Source of the DNA: a virus | Taxonomy: Duplodnaviria > Caudoviricetes | Virus record (IMG/VR): IMGVR_UViG_3300025424_000012 | Span: 1-56,242 of that record | Strand: one strand, 5' to 3' | Length of the DNA stretch: 56,242 bases | In this document: positions 35,018 to 44,682 of the stretch, one piece after another | How positions within the stretch are numbered: position 1 is the first letter of the stretch | How the letters are laid out: every line of letters begins with the position of its first letter | Notes under the pieces: model-generated | Told to the model about the DNA's origin: nothing | Database searches by the model: none | What the model saw: the letters and a program-made list of their open reading frames with translations, nothing else | Translations under genes and position numbers: made by a program

Positions 35018-36013
35018 ATGGCCGCAGATACCAAAAACATCTCTTTGAGCGCAGCCGCCGACTACCTCGGCACTGGCGCCATCGAAGTTCCCGAGTTCGA
35101 AAAAGAAATCACGGACCTGGTTCGTCGCACCAGCGTTGCGCTTCAGCGCATCCCGCAAGTGCCGGCCACCGGCCACCCGCACCGCTACTTCGAACAGACC
35201 GCCATTGCAACCGGCGCCAGCGTTGACCCGCGCAACCTGACGGCAACCGCAACCGGCCCGACCCGCCTCGAGCGTCCCGCCTTCATCAAGGCGACGATTG
35301 CCCAAAGCAACATCAGCCAGTTCGACAAGGACGTGACCGAGCAGCAAGGCCAATTCGCCAGCGTGATCGCCAAGGACGTCGATGACGTCATCAGCGGTGT
35401 GGAAATCGCACGCGCCGGCATGGTCTGGGCCGGCACCGACACCAGCATGTCGGCACCCACGACCCTGCAATGGATGGGCGGTCTGTCGCAGATCACCCAG
35501 CAATTCACGGTCACGACCGGCTCCAGCATCATCGACGGCCTCAAATCCGCCGTTGCCTCCATGGTTGCCAATCAGAACAACGTGGTCCGCCCGACCGCCA
35601 TCTACCTCAACCCCCTGCTGGCCGACTTCATCGACCAGGAAGCCAAGGCTGCCCGCATCAGCCTGGATTCGGTGGAGGTTGTGGCCGGCGTCACCGTCTC
35701 GGCAATTTCCACGCAAGTGGGCAAGTTGCCGCTGATTGGCGACCCGTTCGTGCCCACCACGGCAGCGGCTACCGCGCAATACGGTTTCAGCGCCACTCCC
35801 ACCGGCATCAAGGGCTACTACGCCGTGATCGTGATGGAAAGCGAGATCGAAATCCCCGTGATTTCCGGCCCCAGCTTCAACCCGAACCCACGTCTGTTCC
35901 AGCTCGGCCTGGTTGGAAACCTGTCCGGCCAGTTCGTGGGCGTGAAGTTCGACACCATCATCTTCAAGGGCGCCGGTTACGCCCATGCAGTGGTGCAAGT
36001 CCAGCACGCCTAA
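35018..36013 (+). CDS. Major capsid protein
   Basis: 331 aa after scaffold; AGGAG RBS; strong codon bias; followed by a terminator. Confidence 0.85.
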   Translation: MAADTKNISLSAAADYLGTGAIEVPEFEKEITDLVRRTSVALQRIPQVPATGHPHRYFEQTAIATGASVDPRNLTATATGPTRLERPAFIKATIAQSNISQFDKDVTEQQGQFASVIAKDVDDVISGVEIARAGMVWAGTDTSMSAPTTLQWMGGLSQITQQFTVTTGSSIIDGLKSAVASMVANQNNVVRPTAIYLNPLLADFIDQEAKAARISLDSVEVVAGVTVSAISTQVGKLPLIGDPFVPTTAAATAQYGFSATPTGIKGYYAVIVMESEIEIPVISGPSFNPNPRLFQLGLVGNLSGQFVGVKFDTIIFKGAGYAHAVVQVQHA

Positions 36014-36033
36014 CCAGGCAAGTTGTCGGATTG

Positions 36034-36061
36034 AAGCCCATCCATCCGGGTGGGCTTTTTT
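36034..36061 (+). terminator. Rho-independent terminator
   Basis: AAGCCCATCC-ATCC-GGGTGGGCTT followed by a T-run. Confidence 0.7.
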
Positions 36062-36075
36062 ACGCCCATTTCACT

Positions 36076-36306
36076 ATGAAAATCTACCAACCAGACGCAC
36101 CCAATGGCCGGCGCACCGTGTTTGTGCAGCCCGGCAACGAGTATCCAAACAGCGACTGGATCGACGAGCAAGGCAAGGCGCGCATGCTTTCCGTGGTGTT
36201 CACCATGGGGCAGGCGGACGTGCCTGACAACCTGGCCAATTACATGGTCGACAAACAGCTCGCCAGCTTCAGCCCGATCATCCTACCCCCCGGAGTCACA
36301 GCATGA
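36076..36306 (+). CDS. Hypothetical virion-associated protein
   Basis: Coupled to the next gene. Confidence 0.65.
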   Translation: MKIYQPDAPNGRRTVFVQPGNEYPNSDWIDEQGKARMLSVVFTMGQADVPDNLANYMVDKQLASFSPIILPPGVTA

Positions 36307-36599
36307 GCGTTGCAGCCAATCCCATCCTTGCGCCCCAAACCGGCGCGGGCGCTTCATCTGTCGTCAACCGCTCGGTGGCAGACGGGGCCTTTACCGTAGT
36401 GGCTGGCGGCCTGGGTGCCAGTGAGACCGTGACCGCGCAGATCATGGACGCATCCGGCAACTGGCAGACAGTGCCTGCGGCCATTGCCCCCGTTCTCAAC
36501 AACACCACGGCGGCGCTGACTCTGACCGCGCCCGGCATCTACCGTTTCAGCAAAACCGCCACGGCATCCGCTGTTGGCATCGTCCTGTACAGCTACTAA
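36303..36599 (+). CDS. Beta-rich virion protein
   Basis: APGIYRF.K; head-neck region. Confidence 0.7.
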   Translation: MSVAANPILAPQTGAGASSVVNRSVADGAFTVVAGGLGASETVTAQIMDASGNWQTVPAAIAPVLNNTTAALTLTAPGIYRFSKTATASAVGIVLYSY

Positions 36600-36605
36600 A
36601 AACCA

Positions 36606-37532
36606 ATGCCCAGCGCATACCTTCAGGGCGGCGATCCCGGTGTCTATGGCGTGCAGAGCGCTACCACGCCTCAGATTTTGCAGGCCTCGACGATGATCGA
36701 CGCCTACCTGAATCGCCCGGCTGGCTTGCTGTACGCGGCGGACGCCACTGGCCAGCCGTGTTTCATGACGGCGCTCAATCCCACGCTGACACTGACGGCG
36801 ACGGCATCATTTGCGCCTGGCTCGTCGGTAGTGGTTCCGGTCTCCGGGCCAACGGCGGCGCTGTCGGTGGGCGATTGCGTTGTTTTGGACCGGGCCAATG
36901 CCGCGCTGTGCGAGGCCGTGCAAGTCATGGCCATTGGATCCGGGAGTCTGACTCTGGGTAGCACGGCCGTAGGCGGCAGCGGGGTTGCCAACACTCACGC
37001 CAGTGGCTGCACGATTGACCTGGGCGTGATGATCACGGAAAAACGCTACCTGCCGAAAAGCCGCAGCGAGGTCATGCTGAGCGCCACGCCGGTTGCCCGC
37101 ATTGTCGGCGGCACCGGGCGCTATGGATACGGACGGCGCGGCGACGCATCCGGCTATGACATGGACACATTCAACCTTCTGGCCAGCCTGAACAAATTCG
37201 GCGGGCCTCCAGCATGGGAAATCTGGCCAGCAAATACGGCGGCAGGAATTGACGCCGCCACCGGCCAGCTCTGGGTCCCGGCCGGCGTGATGCTGGCTTA
37301 CTACACGGAAGTGATCGTGCGGTATGTCGGAGGGTATCAATACAGCAATTTGCCGCCAGCCATCAAACAGGCCACGGCAAATCTGATTCAGGCCATCGGC
37401 AACGTGACCCAGATGGGCAACATGAAATCCATGAAGGCAGGCGATACCGCGGTTCAACGCTTTGCCGCGACCTTGATAGATGACGACACCAAGGCCATGC
37501 TGGCGCCGTACCGCGCCCGGGCGTTCGCCTGA
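36606..37532 (+). CDS. Head-tail adaptor protein with inserted domain
   Basis: AS.MIDAYLNR...VRY.GGY..LP.AIKQA...LAPYR. Confidence 0.8.
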   Translation: MPSAYLQGGDPGVYGVQSATTPQILQASTMIDAYLNRPAGLLYAADATGQPCFMTALNPTLTLTATASFAPGSSVVVPVSGPTAALSVGDCVVLDRANAALCEAVQVMAIGSGSLTLGSTAVGGSGVANTHASGCTIDLGVMITEKRYLPKSRSEVMLSATPVARIVGGTGRYGYGRRGDASGYDMDTFNLLASLNKFGGPPAWEIWPANTAAGIDAATGQLWVPAGVMLAYYTEVIVRYVGGYQYSNLPPAIKQATANLIQAIGNVTQMGNMKSMKAGDTAVQRFAATLIDDDTKAMLAPYRARAFA

Positions 37533-37879
37533 TGTCGTTCATGTATCCGCGCACGCTGACCGTGACCCGGCCAGTGCTGTCTACCGCTGTCGGTGCTCAG
37601 GGCTATGGCGGCGTGACTTCGGCGGCCGAAACAACCGTGGCGACCGGCATACCGGCATCGATTCAGTACTACAAGCGCAATGACTCTGGCGAGCTCTCGC
37701 TACCGGCCAATGCGGGGAAAAGCCTCTGGCGCGTCATGGTGCCGCCGGCATCGGCCGCGTTGGGCCTGTTCCAGACGCGCGACATTCTCACCGACGACCT
37801 GGGCCAGCGCTACCAGGTGGCCGTGCCGTACTGGAATTCCATGGGGCATGCCCTCATCGCTGAGCGCCTGGAGGCGTAA
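37532..37879 (+). CDS. Head closure (stopper) protein
   Basis: Position; T.T.TRP, D.LTDD.G.RY.V. Confidence 0.7.
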   Translation: MSFMYPRTLTVTRPVLSTAVGAQGYGGVTSAAETTVATGIPASIQYYKRNDSGELSLPANAGKSLWRVMVPPASAALGLFQTRDILTDDLGQRYQVAVPYWNSMGHALIAERLEA

Positions 37880-38718
37880 TGGCCGATCAGACTGACGTAG
37901 AAACCAGCCTTGTCAATTTGCTGGTCGGCGTTGCCTATCCCAATGGGACGTCTCAGGCGCCAGGCCAAGGCTATCCGGTATTGGCAATGCCGGGCTGGCC
38001 GACACCAGAGACCGTAGACGCAACAATGGCTACGGGAAAAATCTGTTGCTGGGTTTATTCGAGGCCAGAGGTGCGCGAAACCACACGGTTTCCCTACCAA
38101 TGGCAGACGCAAGGCATCACGCCGGCCACCATCACGGCGACGGTATCCGGGAACACGGTGACCATAGGCGGCGCAATGCCCAGCCCGTTTTCTGCGCACA
38201 ACGTCTTTGTGCTGATGGGCGGCCAAGCCTTTGGGTATGCCGTTCAAGCCTCCGACACGCTGAGCACCATCGCGGCCGCGCTGGCCAGCCAGATCAACGC
38301 GGTCTACGCGGGCACGTCAAGCGCGGGGCCAGTACTTACCGTCGGCAAGGGCCCGCTGCCCATAGCCCGGGTCGGTACGGTAGGCCAGAGCGTGCTGGAA
38401 ATCGGGCGCTTTGAGCAGCAATTCCAGATCTGCATTGCCGCCAGCACGCCGGCTGCGCGTACCGCGCTTTCGGCGGCCGTCATGCCGGTGCTGATGGCGA
38501 CGAGCTGGCTGACCATGCCAGACGGCACGGCAGCGCGGTTGCGCGTGAAGTCTCCGGTAGACGTTGACAGCAGCCAGAAAGTAGCGGTTTACCGCAGAGA
38601 CATCCGGGTGGCCGTGGAGTATGCGGTGACCCAGACCCAAAGCACGGCAACGGTTGAGGCTGTGCCGACTACGTTCACCGGCACCTATGCAAGTGCCATT
38701 CCTTCCAGGAGTTTCTAA
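37879..38718 (+). CDS. Neck / tail terminator protein
   Basis: GWP motif, YRRD...VEY; precedes the sheath. Confidence 0.65.
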   Translation: MADQTDVETSLVNLLVGVAYPNGTSQAPGQGYPVLAMPGWPTPETVDATMATGKICCWVYSRPEVRETTRFPYQWQTQGITPATITATVSGNTVTIGGAMPSPFSAHNVFVLMGGQAFGYAVQASDTLSTIAAALASQINAVYAGTSSAGPVLTVGKGPLPIARVGTVGQSVLEIGRFEQQFQICIAASTPAARTALSAAVMPVLMATSWLTMPDGTAARLRVKSPVDVDSSQKVAVYRRDIRVAVEYAVTQTQSTATVEAVPTTFTGTYASAIPSRSF

Positions 38719-38720
38719 CC

Positions 38721-38894
38721 ATGTCCCCCTATGCCTTGACCGTGATTCACGACTTCGAAAGCTACAAGCGCGGCGATCAGATCACCGACGACGACGAGAT
38801 CGCCCGCGTGAGTGCTGGCGAGAACGCGCACCACTGCCACAAGGTGGCCATGCCGCCGGCTCCCGCGCCCGTGGCAAAGAAATCCGCCGAATAA
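38721..38894 (+). CDS. Small hypothetical protein (57 aa)
   Basis: AGGAG RBS; L.V.HDF..Y.RGD.ITD. Confidence 0.65.
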   Translation: MSPYALTVIHDFESYKRGDQITDDDEIARVSAGENAHHCHKVAMPPAPAPVAKKSAE

Positions 38895-38916
38895 ATCAGC
38901 CTTCCGATTCAACCAG

Positions 38917-38940
38917 AGCCGCCCACTGAGGCGGCTTTTT
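38917..38940 (+). terminator. Rho-independent terminator
   Basis: AGCCGCC-CACTGA-GGCGGCT followed by TTTT. Confidence 0.6.
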
Positions 38941-38956
38941 CTTTGGGAAATCCATC

Positions 38957-40969
38957 ATGCCTCTCTACCAAGTAGGTTCGCTCAACACCGCAGCCCTGAC
39001 GGCGCCCGGGGAATACGTCCAGATCGTGCCGCCGACCACCCGCTACATCAATGGCGTGCCAACCAACATTCTGGGCATTGTGGGCCTGGGCTCTTGGGGC
39101 CCGGTCAACAGCGCCTACCTGATCGGCTCCCCGCAAGATCAGGGGAACTACTTGGGCAACCCTGTGGTTCGCAGCTTTGACTTGTCCACCGCTGTGTCTG
39201 TCGCCCTGCAGCTGGGTCAAGCCAACATCCGTGCCGTGCGCGTCACCGATGGCACCGATACCGCGGCGACCGCCAACCTGCTGGACGTGACGCCCGTTAC
39301 CGGCGCCGTGCTGACCGCCTACTACACCGGCATCGTCGGCAACACGCTGACGGCCGTGATCGGCTCTGGCACCGTCAAAAACAGCTACAAGCTGACCATT
39401 GCGCGGCCCGGCTACACCAGCGAGGCCTTCGACAACATCCTGGCCGGCGTGAGCGGCGGAACCGTGACGGCTGGCACCGGCTACACGTCAACCCCTGCCG
39501 TGACGATTTCTGCACCCCAGACTTCTGGCGGCGTGCAGGCGACTGGCTCGGTCTCGCTGAAAGTCATTTCTGCCAACGTGACCGGCGGCGGCGCTTCGGG
39601 CGGTACCGGCTACGTGACCAACGACACGGTGACGCTACCCAACGGCGTGATTCTGACCGTGACGGCATCGGCTGGCGTGATCACCGCCCTGGCTGTGACC
39701 AACGCGGGCGGCCTGAGCGGCGCGGCACCCACCAATCCCTCGGCTCCCACGTCGACCTCCGGCGCAGGCATCGGCGCCCTGATCAATCTGGTCTGGGGCC
39801 TTGGCACTTTCACCGTGACCAATCCCGGCAGCGGCTACACCAGCGCAACGGCCACCCTGACCGGTGGCGGCGGCACCTCTGGCGCGATTACCGTCAGCAC
39901 CTCGATCTGGCTCAACCTGGTCAATGCCGTGAACAACGGCAACAGCGTCACCCGCGGGCCTTCGCAGCTATGCGTAGCTTCGGTCGGCGCACTGGCGGCC
40001 ACGACCCCGAACACCACGACCACCTTTACCCTGTCTGGCGGCACGGATGGCGCATCTGGCGCCGGCAGTTCTACCCTGATAGGCACTGACGGCAATACCC
40101 GCACCGGCATGTACGCGCTGCGCGGCACCGGCATTCAGACGCTCAACCTGGTCGACCACGTTGATTCCACCGCATGGGGCACGATTGCCGGCTATGGCCA
40201 GCAGGAGGGCATCTTCGTAGGCTCGCAAGCCTCTCCCGGCGCGTCCTACAGCACCACCAGCGGCCTGTTGAACTCTGCTGGAGCCGATTCCCCTTGGCTC
40301 AAAATCTGCGTGGGCGATTGGGTCTACTGGAATGACCAGGTGAACGGCGTCCAGCGCCTGCTGTCCCCGGTTACTTTCTGGGCACCGCTTCGCGCATCGC
40401 TGGCCCCCTACATGACCACGCTTAACAAGCCGGTCTTGAACCTGATCGGCACTCAGCGCGCCGTGCAAAAGCTGCCCTACAGCAATGCCGAACTCGGCGC
40501 GGCTGCCGTGGCCCGGCTGGATTACATCGCCAACCCGTCGGCTGGCGGAAACTACTTCAGCTTCCAGACCGACCGCAACGCCAGCAGCGACCCGACCCGC
40601 AACGGCGAGAACTACACGACGATGACCAACTTCATCGCCTTGACCCTGGCCAGCGCGTTCGGTTTCTGCATCGGCTTGCCCCAGACGCCATCGCTGCGCA
40701 CACAGGTCCAAAACACCATCCAGTCGTTCCTGATGAACCTCTGGAAGCCGGGCAGCGGGCCTTCGATGATCGGCGACGTCAACAACCCGAACACCGTCCC
40801 TTTCTCGGTACAGATCAACGCCAACAACAACCCGAGCAGCCAAGTGGCGCTGGGCTACATGAGCTGCTACGTCAAGGTCACGTATCTGTCCATCGTGCGC
40901 TACTTCATCGTGTCGCTGGAAGGCGGCCAATCGGTGTCGGTGACCGTCAGCCCGAATCCTTCGTTCTAA
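38957..40969 (+). CDS. Contractile tail sheath protein
   Basis: APGEYVQ, G.GSWGPVN, VRV, LSGGTDG, TGMYAL, C-terminal sheath domain. Confidence 0.9.
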   Translation: MPLYQVGSLNTAALTAPGEYVQIVPPTTRYINGVPTNILGIVGLGSWGPVNSAYLIGSPQDQGNYLGNPVVRSFDLSTAVSVALQLGQANIRAVRVTDGTDTAATANLLDVTPVTGAVLTAYYTGIVGNTLTAVIGSGTVKNSYKLTIARPGYTSEAFDNILAGVSGGTVTAGTGYTSTPAVTISAPQTSGGVQATGSVSLKVISANVTGGGASGGTGYVTNDTVTLPNGVILTVTASAGVITALAVTNAGGLSGAAPTNPSAPTSTSGAGIGALINLVWGLGTFTVTNPGSGYTSATATLTGGGGTSGAITVSTSIWLNLVNAVNNGNSVTRGPSQLCVASVGALAATTPNTTTTFTLSGGTDGASGAGSSTLIGTDGNTRTGMYALRGTGIQTLNLVDHVDSTAWGTIAGYGQQEGIFVGSQASPGASYSTTSGLLNSAGADSPWLKICVGDWVYWNDQVNGVQRLLSPVTFWAPLRASLAPYMTTLNKPVLNLIGTQRAVQKLPYSNAELGAAAVARLDYIANPSAGGNYFSFQTDRNASSDPTRNGENYTTMTNFIALTLASAFGFCIGLPQTPSLRTQVQNTIQSFLMNLWKPGSGPSMIGDVNNPNTVPFSVQINANNNPSSQVALGYMSCYVKVTYLSIVRYFIVSLEGGQSVSVTVSPNPSF

Positions 40970-40988
40970 ACCCCGCGTCAAACCCATA

Positions 40989-41013
40989 GGGCCCGCCATG
41001 CGCGGGCTCTTTT
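40989..41013 (+). terminator. Terminator-like hairpin
   Basis: GGGCCCGC-CATGC-GCGGGCTC followed by TTTT. Confidence 0.5.
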
Positions 41014-41028
41014 CTTTCAGGAGTTCCC

Positions 41029-41463
41029 ATGGCAGGCACCAACCAATTCAACATCGGGCGCGACGCGCAGTTGACCATCAACGGCAGCGCGGGCCCGATG
41101 ACTTTCAACATCATCACGGAATTCGACGCCAAGCCCCAATACAAGAGCTTGGAATCGGACGCCATCGACGGCACCCAGCGCTTCCGCGATCTGCCCATGG
41201 GCCATTCCGGTTCGTTTTCGCTGGACCGCGCTGACTCGAGCGTGACCGACTACTTCGCCGGGCAAGAAGCCAACTTCTTTGCTGGCCTGCTGCCAGACCA
41301 AGTGACCATCACCCAGACGATCACCGAAGCGTCTGGTGCCGTGACCCAGTATCAGTACACGGGCGTGGCGCTCCAACTTGAGGACGCCGGCAACTGGAAA
41401 GGCCTGGAAAAGATCACCCAGAAGATCAACTGGCGCGCGACCCGCATGCTCAAAGTGAGCTGA
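41029..41463 (+). CDS. Tail tube protein
   Basis: 144 aa directly after the sheath. Confidence 0.8.
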   Translation: MAGTNQFNIGRDAQLTINGSAGPMTFNIITEFDAKPQYKSLESDAIDGTQRFRDLPMGHSGSFSLDRADSSVTDYFAGQEANFFAGLLPDQVTITQTITEASGAVTQYQYTGVALQLEDAGNWKGLEKITQKINWRATRMLKVS

Positions 41464-41499
41464 TCCGGTCAAGCCAAAAACTAAAAACATGGAGCAAAA

Positions 41500-41889
41500 A
41501 TGGCAACAGTGAAGATGAACCAATCTGGCGCGGCTCAGTCCGCCTCCCCATCGACAGCCGTCATTGCGGCAGCGGTAAGCGAAAACACAATTCACGACGC
41601 GCGAGGCCGCGCTATCGTGCTTGGCAAGCCGGGGCCTTTGGAGCAATACAGGCTAGTGGAGGCGGCTGGAGAATCGGCAGGAAACAGCACCTACATGTCG
41701 ATGATTTTGCCGCTGATCTACGTCAAGAGCATTGAGGGCGCAATCGTCCCAAATATCCACAAAAAAGCGCACATTGAAGCGCTTATTCAGCGCTTGGATG
41801 ATGATGGCATCAACGCCGTTATGAAAGCCGTAAGCGAACTGTACGGATCGCAAGACCCGGAAGCTGACAAGGCCACCTTAAAAAACTAG
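41500..41889 (+). CDS. Tail assembly chaperone (G-like)
   Basis: After tail tube; ends at the slippery heptamer A AAA AAC. Confidence 0.8.
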   Translation: MATVKMNQSGAAQSASPSTAVIAAAVSENTIHDARGRAIVLGKPGPLEQYRLVEAAGESAGNSTYMSMILPLIYVKSIEGAIVPNIHKKAHIEALIQRLDDDGINAVMKAVSELYGSQDPEADKATLKN

Positions 41890-42059
41890 CCACGGCCACG
41901 CCTGTAAAAGAATGCCTTTGGCTTGTAAAGAATGGCGTTCCATTTGACGTGGCCTTTCAGCTAGACGATTTGATGCGCGCGGCTTGGTGCATCATTTTTT
42001 CCGAAATGGAAGGTGCAAAGTTTGACTGGTCTTCGATGCAGTACGAAAGGCCGAGCTGA
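41880..42059 (+). CDS. Tail chaperone -1 frameshift extension (GT-like)
   Basis: A_AAA_AAC at 41880-41886; open -1 frame ...CLWLVKNGVPFDVAF...ERPS*. Confidence 0.75.
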   Translation, partial: KKLATATPVKECLWLVKNGVPFDVAFQLDDLMRAAWCIIFSEMEGAKFDWSSMQYERPS

Positions 42060-42061
42060 TT

Positions 42062-42568
42062 ATGGAATTTACCCGACTTGGGCATTTTGCGGCTCACCTT
42101 TTGTCGCTTGAGGTCAAAGCCACCGTCGCGGCGCATCACGGTCTTAAGCAGGCGGCAATGCTGGTGGAAAAAACCGCCAAAGACGAATTTGGAACATTGC
42201 AGCCGGAAGCCGGCGATTTCCCGACTTGGGCGGAGCTAAAACCTGAGACTATTGACGACAAAGTGCGCCAGGGATACGAAGTCAATTCCGACGGTAGCCC
42301 GTTGGTGCGGACCCATGATCTGCAGAACTCAATTTCTCATGAAGTCAGCGGGTTCGATGCCATAGTTGGTTCTGATTCAGACGTCATGGTTTATCAAGAA
42401 CTGGGCACAGAAAAAATACCTCCGCGCCCTGTTCTTGGCCCTGCCGCAGTAAACACCGAAAAAAAGGTTGGCGCGATTCTTGGACACGCTATCGGCAGAT
42501 CGCTTGCGGGCTTGTCGATGATTGAGTATGGCGGCGAAGGGCTTTTCAGCAAGCTTGAATCAAAGTAG
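42062..42568 (+). CDS. HK97 gp10-like / tail completion protein
   Basis: WAELKPET, L.RT.DLQNSI, YQELGT.KIPPRP.LGPA. Confidence 0.8.
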   Translation: MEFTRLGHFAAHLLSLEVKATVAAHHGLKQAAMLVEKTAKDEFGTLQPEAGDFPTWAELKPETIDDKVRQGYEVNSDGSPLVRTHDLQNSISHEVSGFDAIVGSDSDVMVYQELGTEKIPPRPVLGPAAVNTEKKVGAILGHAIGRSLAGLSMIEYGGEGLFSKLESK

Positions 42569-42790
42569 CTACATCAGGCAGTAGGCCAGCACGCCAACCG
42601 CAAAAAGCATCAGCAAGCCAATTGCCAAGAGCGCCAGCGACATCACCAATAGCTGGAATCGAGCCAGCATCGGCATCTTGTACTTGAACCCAAAAACAGG
42701 CAGGCGCGGAGACATCTGCGTGATCCTTGGGTACTGTACCGCAGCGAAATGATCGGCCGCCCAAACGTGTAATTTATTGCGCAGAGTCAT
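42569..42790 (-). CDS. Small membrane protein, antisense to the tail operon
   Basis: Exactly fills the gap between two tail genes; long hydrophobic C-terminus. Confidence 0.55.
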   Translation of the reverse strand: MTLRNKLHVWAADHFAAVQYPRITQMSPRLPVFGFKYKMPMLARFQLLVMSLALLAIGLLMLFAVGVLAYCLM

Positions 42791-42807
42791 GGAAAGCCAC
42801 CAATCCT

Positions 42808-44682
42808 ATGTTTGAAGCTTACAAAATCGGCATCAAGCTGAGTTTAATTGATCACGTCAGTCGTGGTCTGGTTTCGATGTCGCGCGGCTTCATGAAGAGT
42901 GAGGCTGACGCCGCAAGGCTCGAATCTCGTATTTTGAGCATTCAGAAAACCGCTCTTAAGAGCGGGGCAATGCTCGGGGTTGGCGTTGGCATGTTTGCCA
43001 TGCTGGAAGGCCCATACAAAGAAGCAAAAAAGCTTGCCCAGGCTCAGGCAGATTTCAGCACAATGAACCTGTCTGCGGCTGACAATGCGGCTGCCTTTGC
43101 ACAGGCGGCAACGTTGTCTCACAAAGTTTTGGGAAGCACGATTACCCAGAACGTCAAAAACATTCAAGATCTGCATACGGCGTTTGGTGACCTTCACCAC
43201 GCACTGGAAACTTCCGAGCTTTTTACAAAAATGTCGATTGTTGGCCGTGTTGCCAATGGCGGCAAAGACGTTGATGGCCTCATCATGTCCGCCGCAAAAG
43301 CCCTTGAGCATCGCGGTGGAAAGGTTGTGAACAGCACCCCGGAATTTGAATCTGAAGCCAACATGATGACCCAAGTCATGTTGGGTACAAAAATGCGAGT
43401 TTCGCCCAGGGATTACCTGACGGCGTCTGGCACCGGGAAAATGGCCTATCAGCTATTTGACAAGGAATACCTGTACGGGGTGTTTGCCGGGTTAATGTCT
43501 TTCATGGGTGGGAATAAAGCTGGCACTTCGGCTATGACGGCGTTTAGCTCGCTGATCGGTGGCCATATGGACAGCAAAGGCAAAGGATTCCTGTCGGAAA
43601 TTGGCCTTTGGACTGAAGGGGTAAGCCCTAAGCGACTCAAGATGATGCGCGAAGCCACCAAAGGCCTGAGCAAAGAGGAGATGAAAGAGTTTGGATTTCT
43701 GATGCCAACTACTGGCGGATTGTCTGATGTGAATTCGGAGCTTTACGCTCACAGGCCGGACATATTCATTTCGACAGTTTTGGTGCCGGCAATCAAGCGG
43801 CGGTTTGGCATGGACCTCAGCGATGATCAGTTGGCATTGCTTGTGGCAAAAAACTTCAACCGTGCGACTGGAGACTTCATTGGCAATCAAATCACGATGG
43901 CGCCAAAGCTTAACAAAGACGCCGGGATATTTCGAAAGACAGCGACGATTGGAGAAGGTCTTGCCTCCTACATGAAATCTCCGGCTGGAGCTGAAATTGC
44001 AGCCAGTGCCGCATGGGAGAATTTTTTAGCCATGTTCGGGACGGTATACCTTCCGGCCATAACGAGCGGCATGCTAAAACTTGCCGGCGTCCTTGATAGT
44101 TTTTCCGGCTTTGTCGAACGAAACCCCACTTTGGTCAAGGGTCTGGTTGGGGTATTCGCCGCAATTGCGGGGCTTGCAGTGGTCGGCGGAACGCTTGGCC
44201 TTATCTCTGCCGCATTCTCTGGGATTGGCGTGGCCATGACGTTTTTTGGTGGGGGCGTGGTCATGACTACCATCGCGGCCGCTTTTACGACGATCGGGGC
44301 CGTCATTGGGCCTGTCGTGGTTGGCATTGGCGCTCTGGCCGCCCTGTTCTATGGGTTGAGCAAAATTCCAGCAGTTGGACGCCCTGAAAGCCACAATTCA
44401 CTTGAAGATTTTTACGCCGGCAGAGGGAATCAGTCTAGTCGCTACTATGGACTCAATTCAAAAGGCGGCGCTGGGCGTGGTTTTGTAAATCCCGATTTTG
44501 TTCGACCGGCGGCAAGTGATGCCGAATCAACGCGCCCCGTGCAATTGGTGCTTCGAGATGGCGGCAGAGTGCTGGCAGACGTTGTTTCAAGTCAACAGGC
44601 CAGGGGCGTCATGAATAACGCTTCCGCTGGTGGATATGAACTTGGCCTTCATCAGCCCGGCATGAATCTGAGGACAAATTGA
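42808..44682 (+). CDS. Tape measure protein
   Basis: MFEAYKIGIKLSL start; helical Ala/Gly-rich with hydrophobic segments; position. Confidence 0.8.
   Translation: MFEAYKIGIKLSLIDHVSRGLVSMSRGFMKSEADAARLESRILSIQKTALKSGAMLGVGVGMFAMLEGPYKEAKKLAQAQADFSTMNLSAADNAAAFAQAATLSHKVLGSTITQNVKNIQDLHTAFGDLHHALETSELFTKMSIVGRVANGGKDVDGLIMSAAKALEHRGGKVVNSTPEFESEANMMTQVMLGTKMRVSPRDYLTASGTGKMAYQLFDKEYLYGVFAGLMSFMGGNKAGTSAMTAFSSLIGGHMDSKGKGFLSEIGLWTEGVSPKRLKMMREATKGLSKEEMKEFGFLMPTTGGLSDVNSELYAHRPDIFISTVLVPAIKRRFGMDLSDDQLALLVAKNFNRATGDFIGNQITMAPKLNKDAGIFRKTATIGEGLASYMKSPAGAEIAASAAWENFLAMFGTVYLPAITSGMLKLAGVLDSFSGFVERNPTLVKGLVGVFAAIAGLAVVGGTLGLISAAFSGIGVAMTFFGGGVVMTTIAAAFTTIGAVIGPVVVGIGALAALFYGLSKIPAVGRPESHNSLEDFYAGRGNQSSRYYGLNSKGGAGRGFVNPDFVRPAASDAESTRPVQLVLRDGGRVLADVVSSQQARGVMNNASAGGYELGLHQPGMNLRTN

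Noticed and set aside
30056-40999. Long minus-strand ORFs (e.g. 31109-32515, 33784-34935, 34898-36007, 39968-40999)
   Set aside because: Antisense shadows of GC-rich structural genes with no motifs
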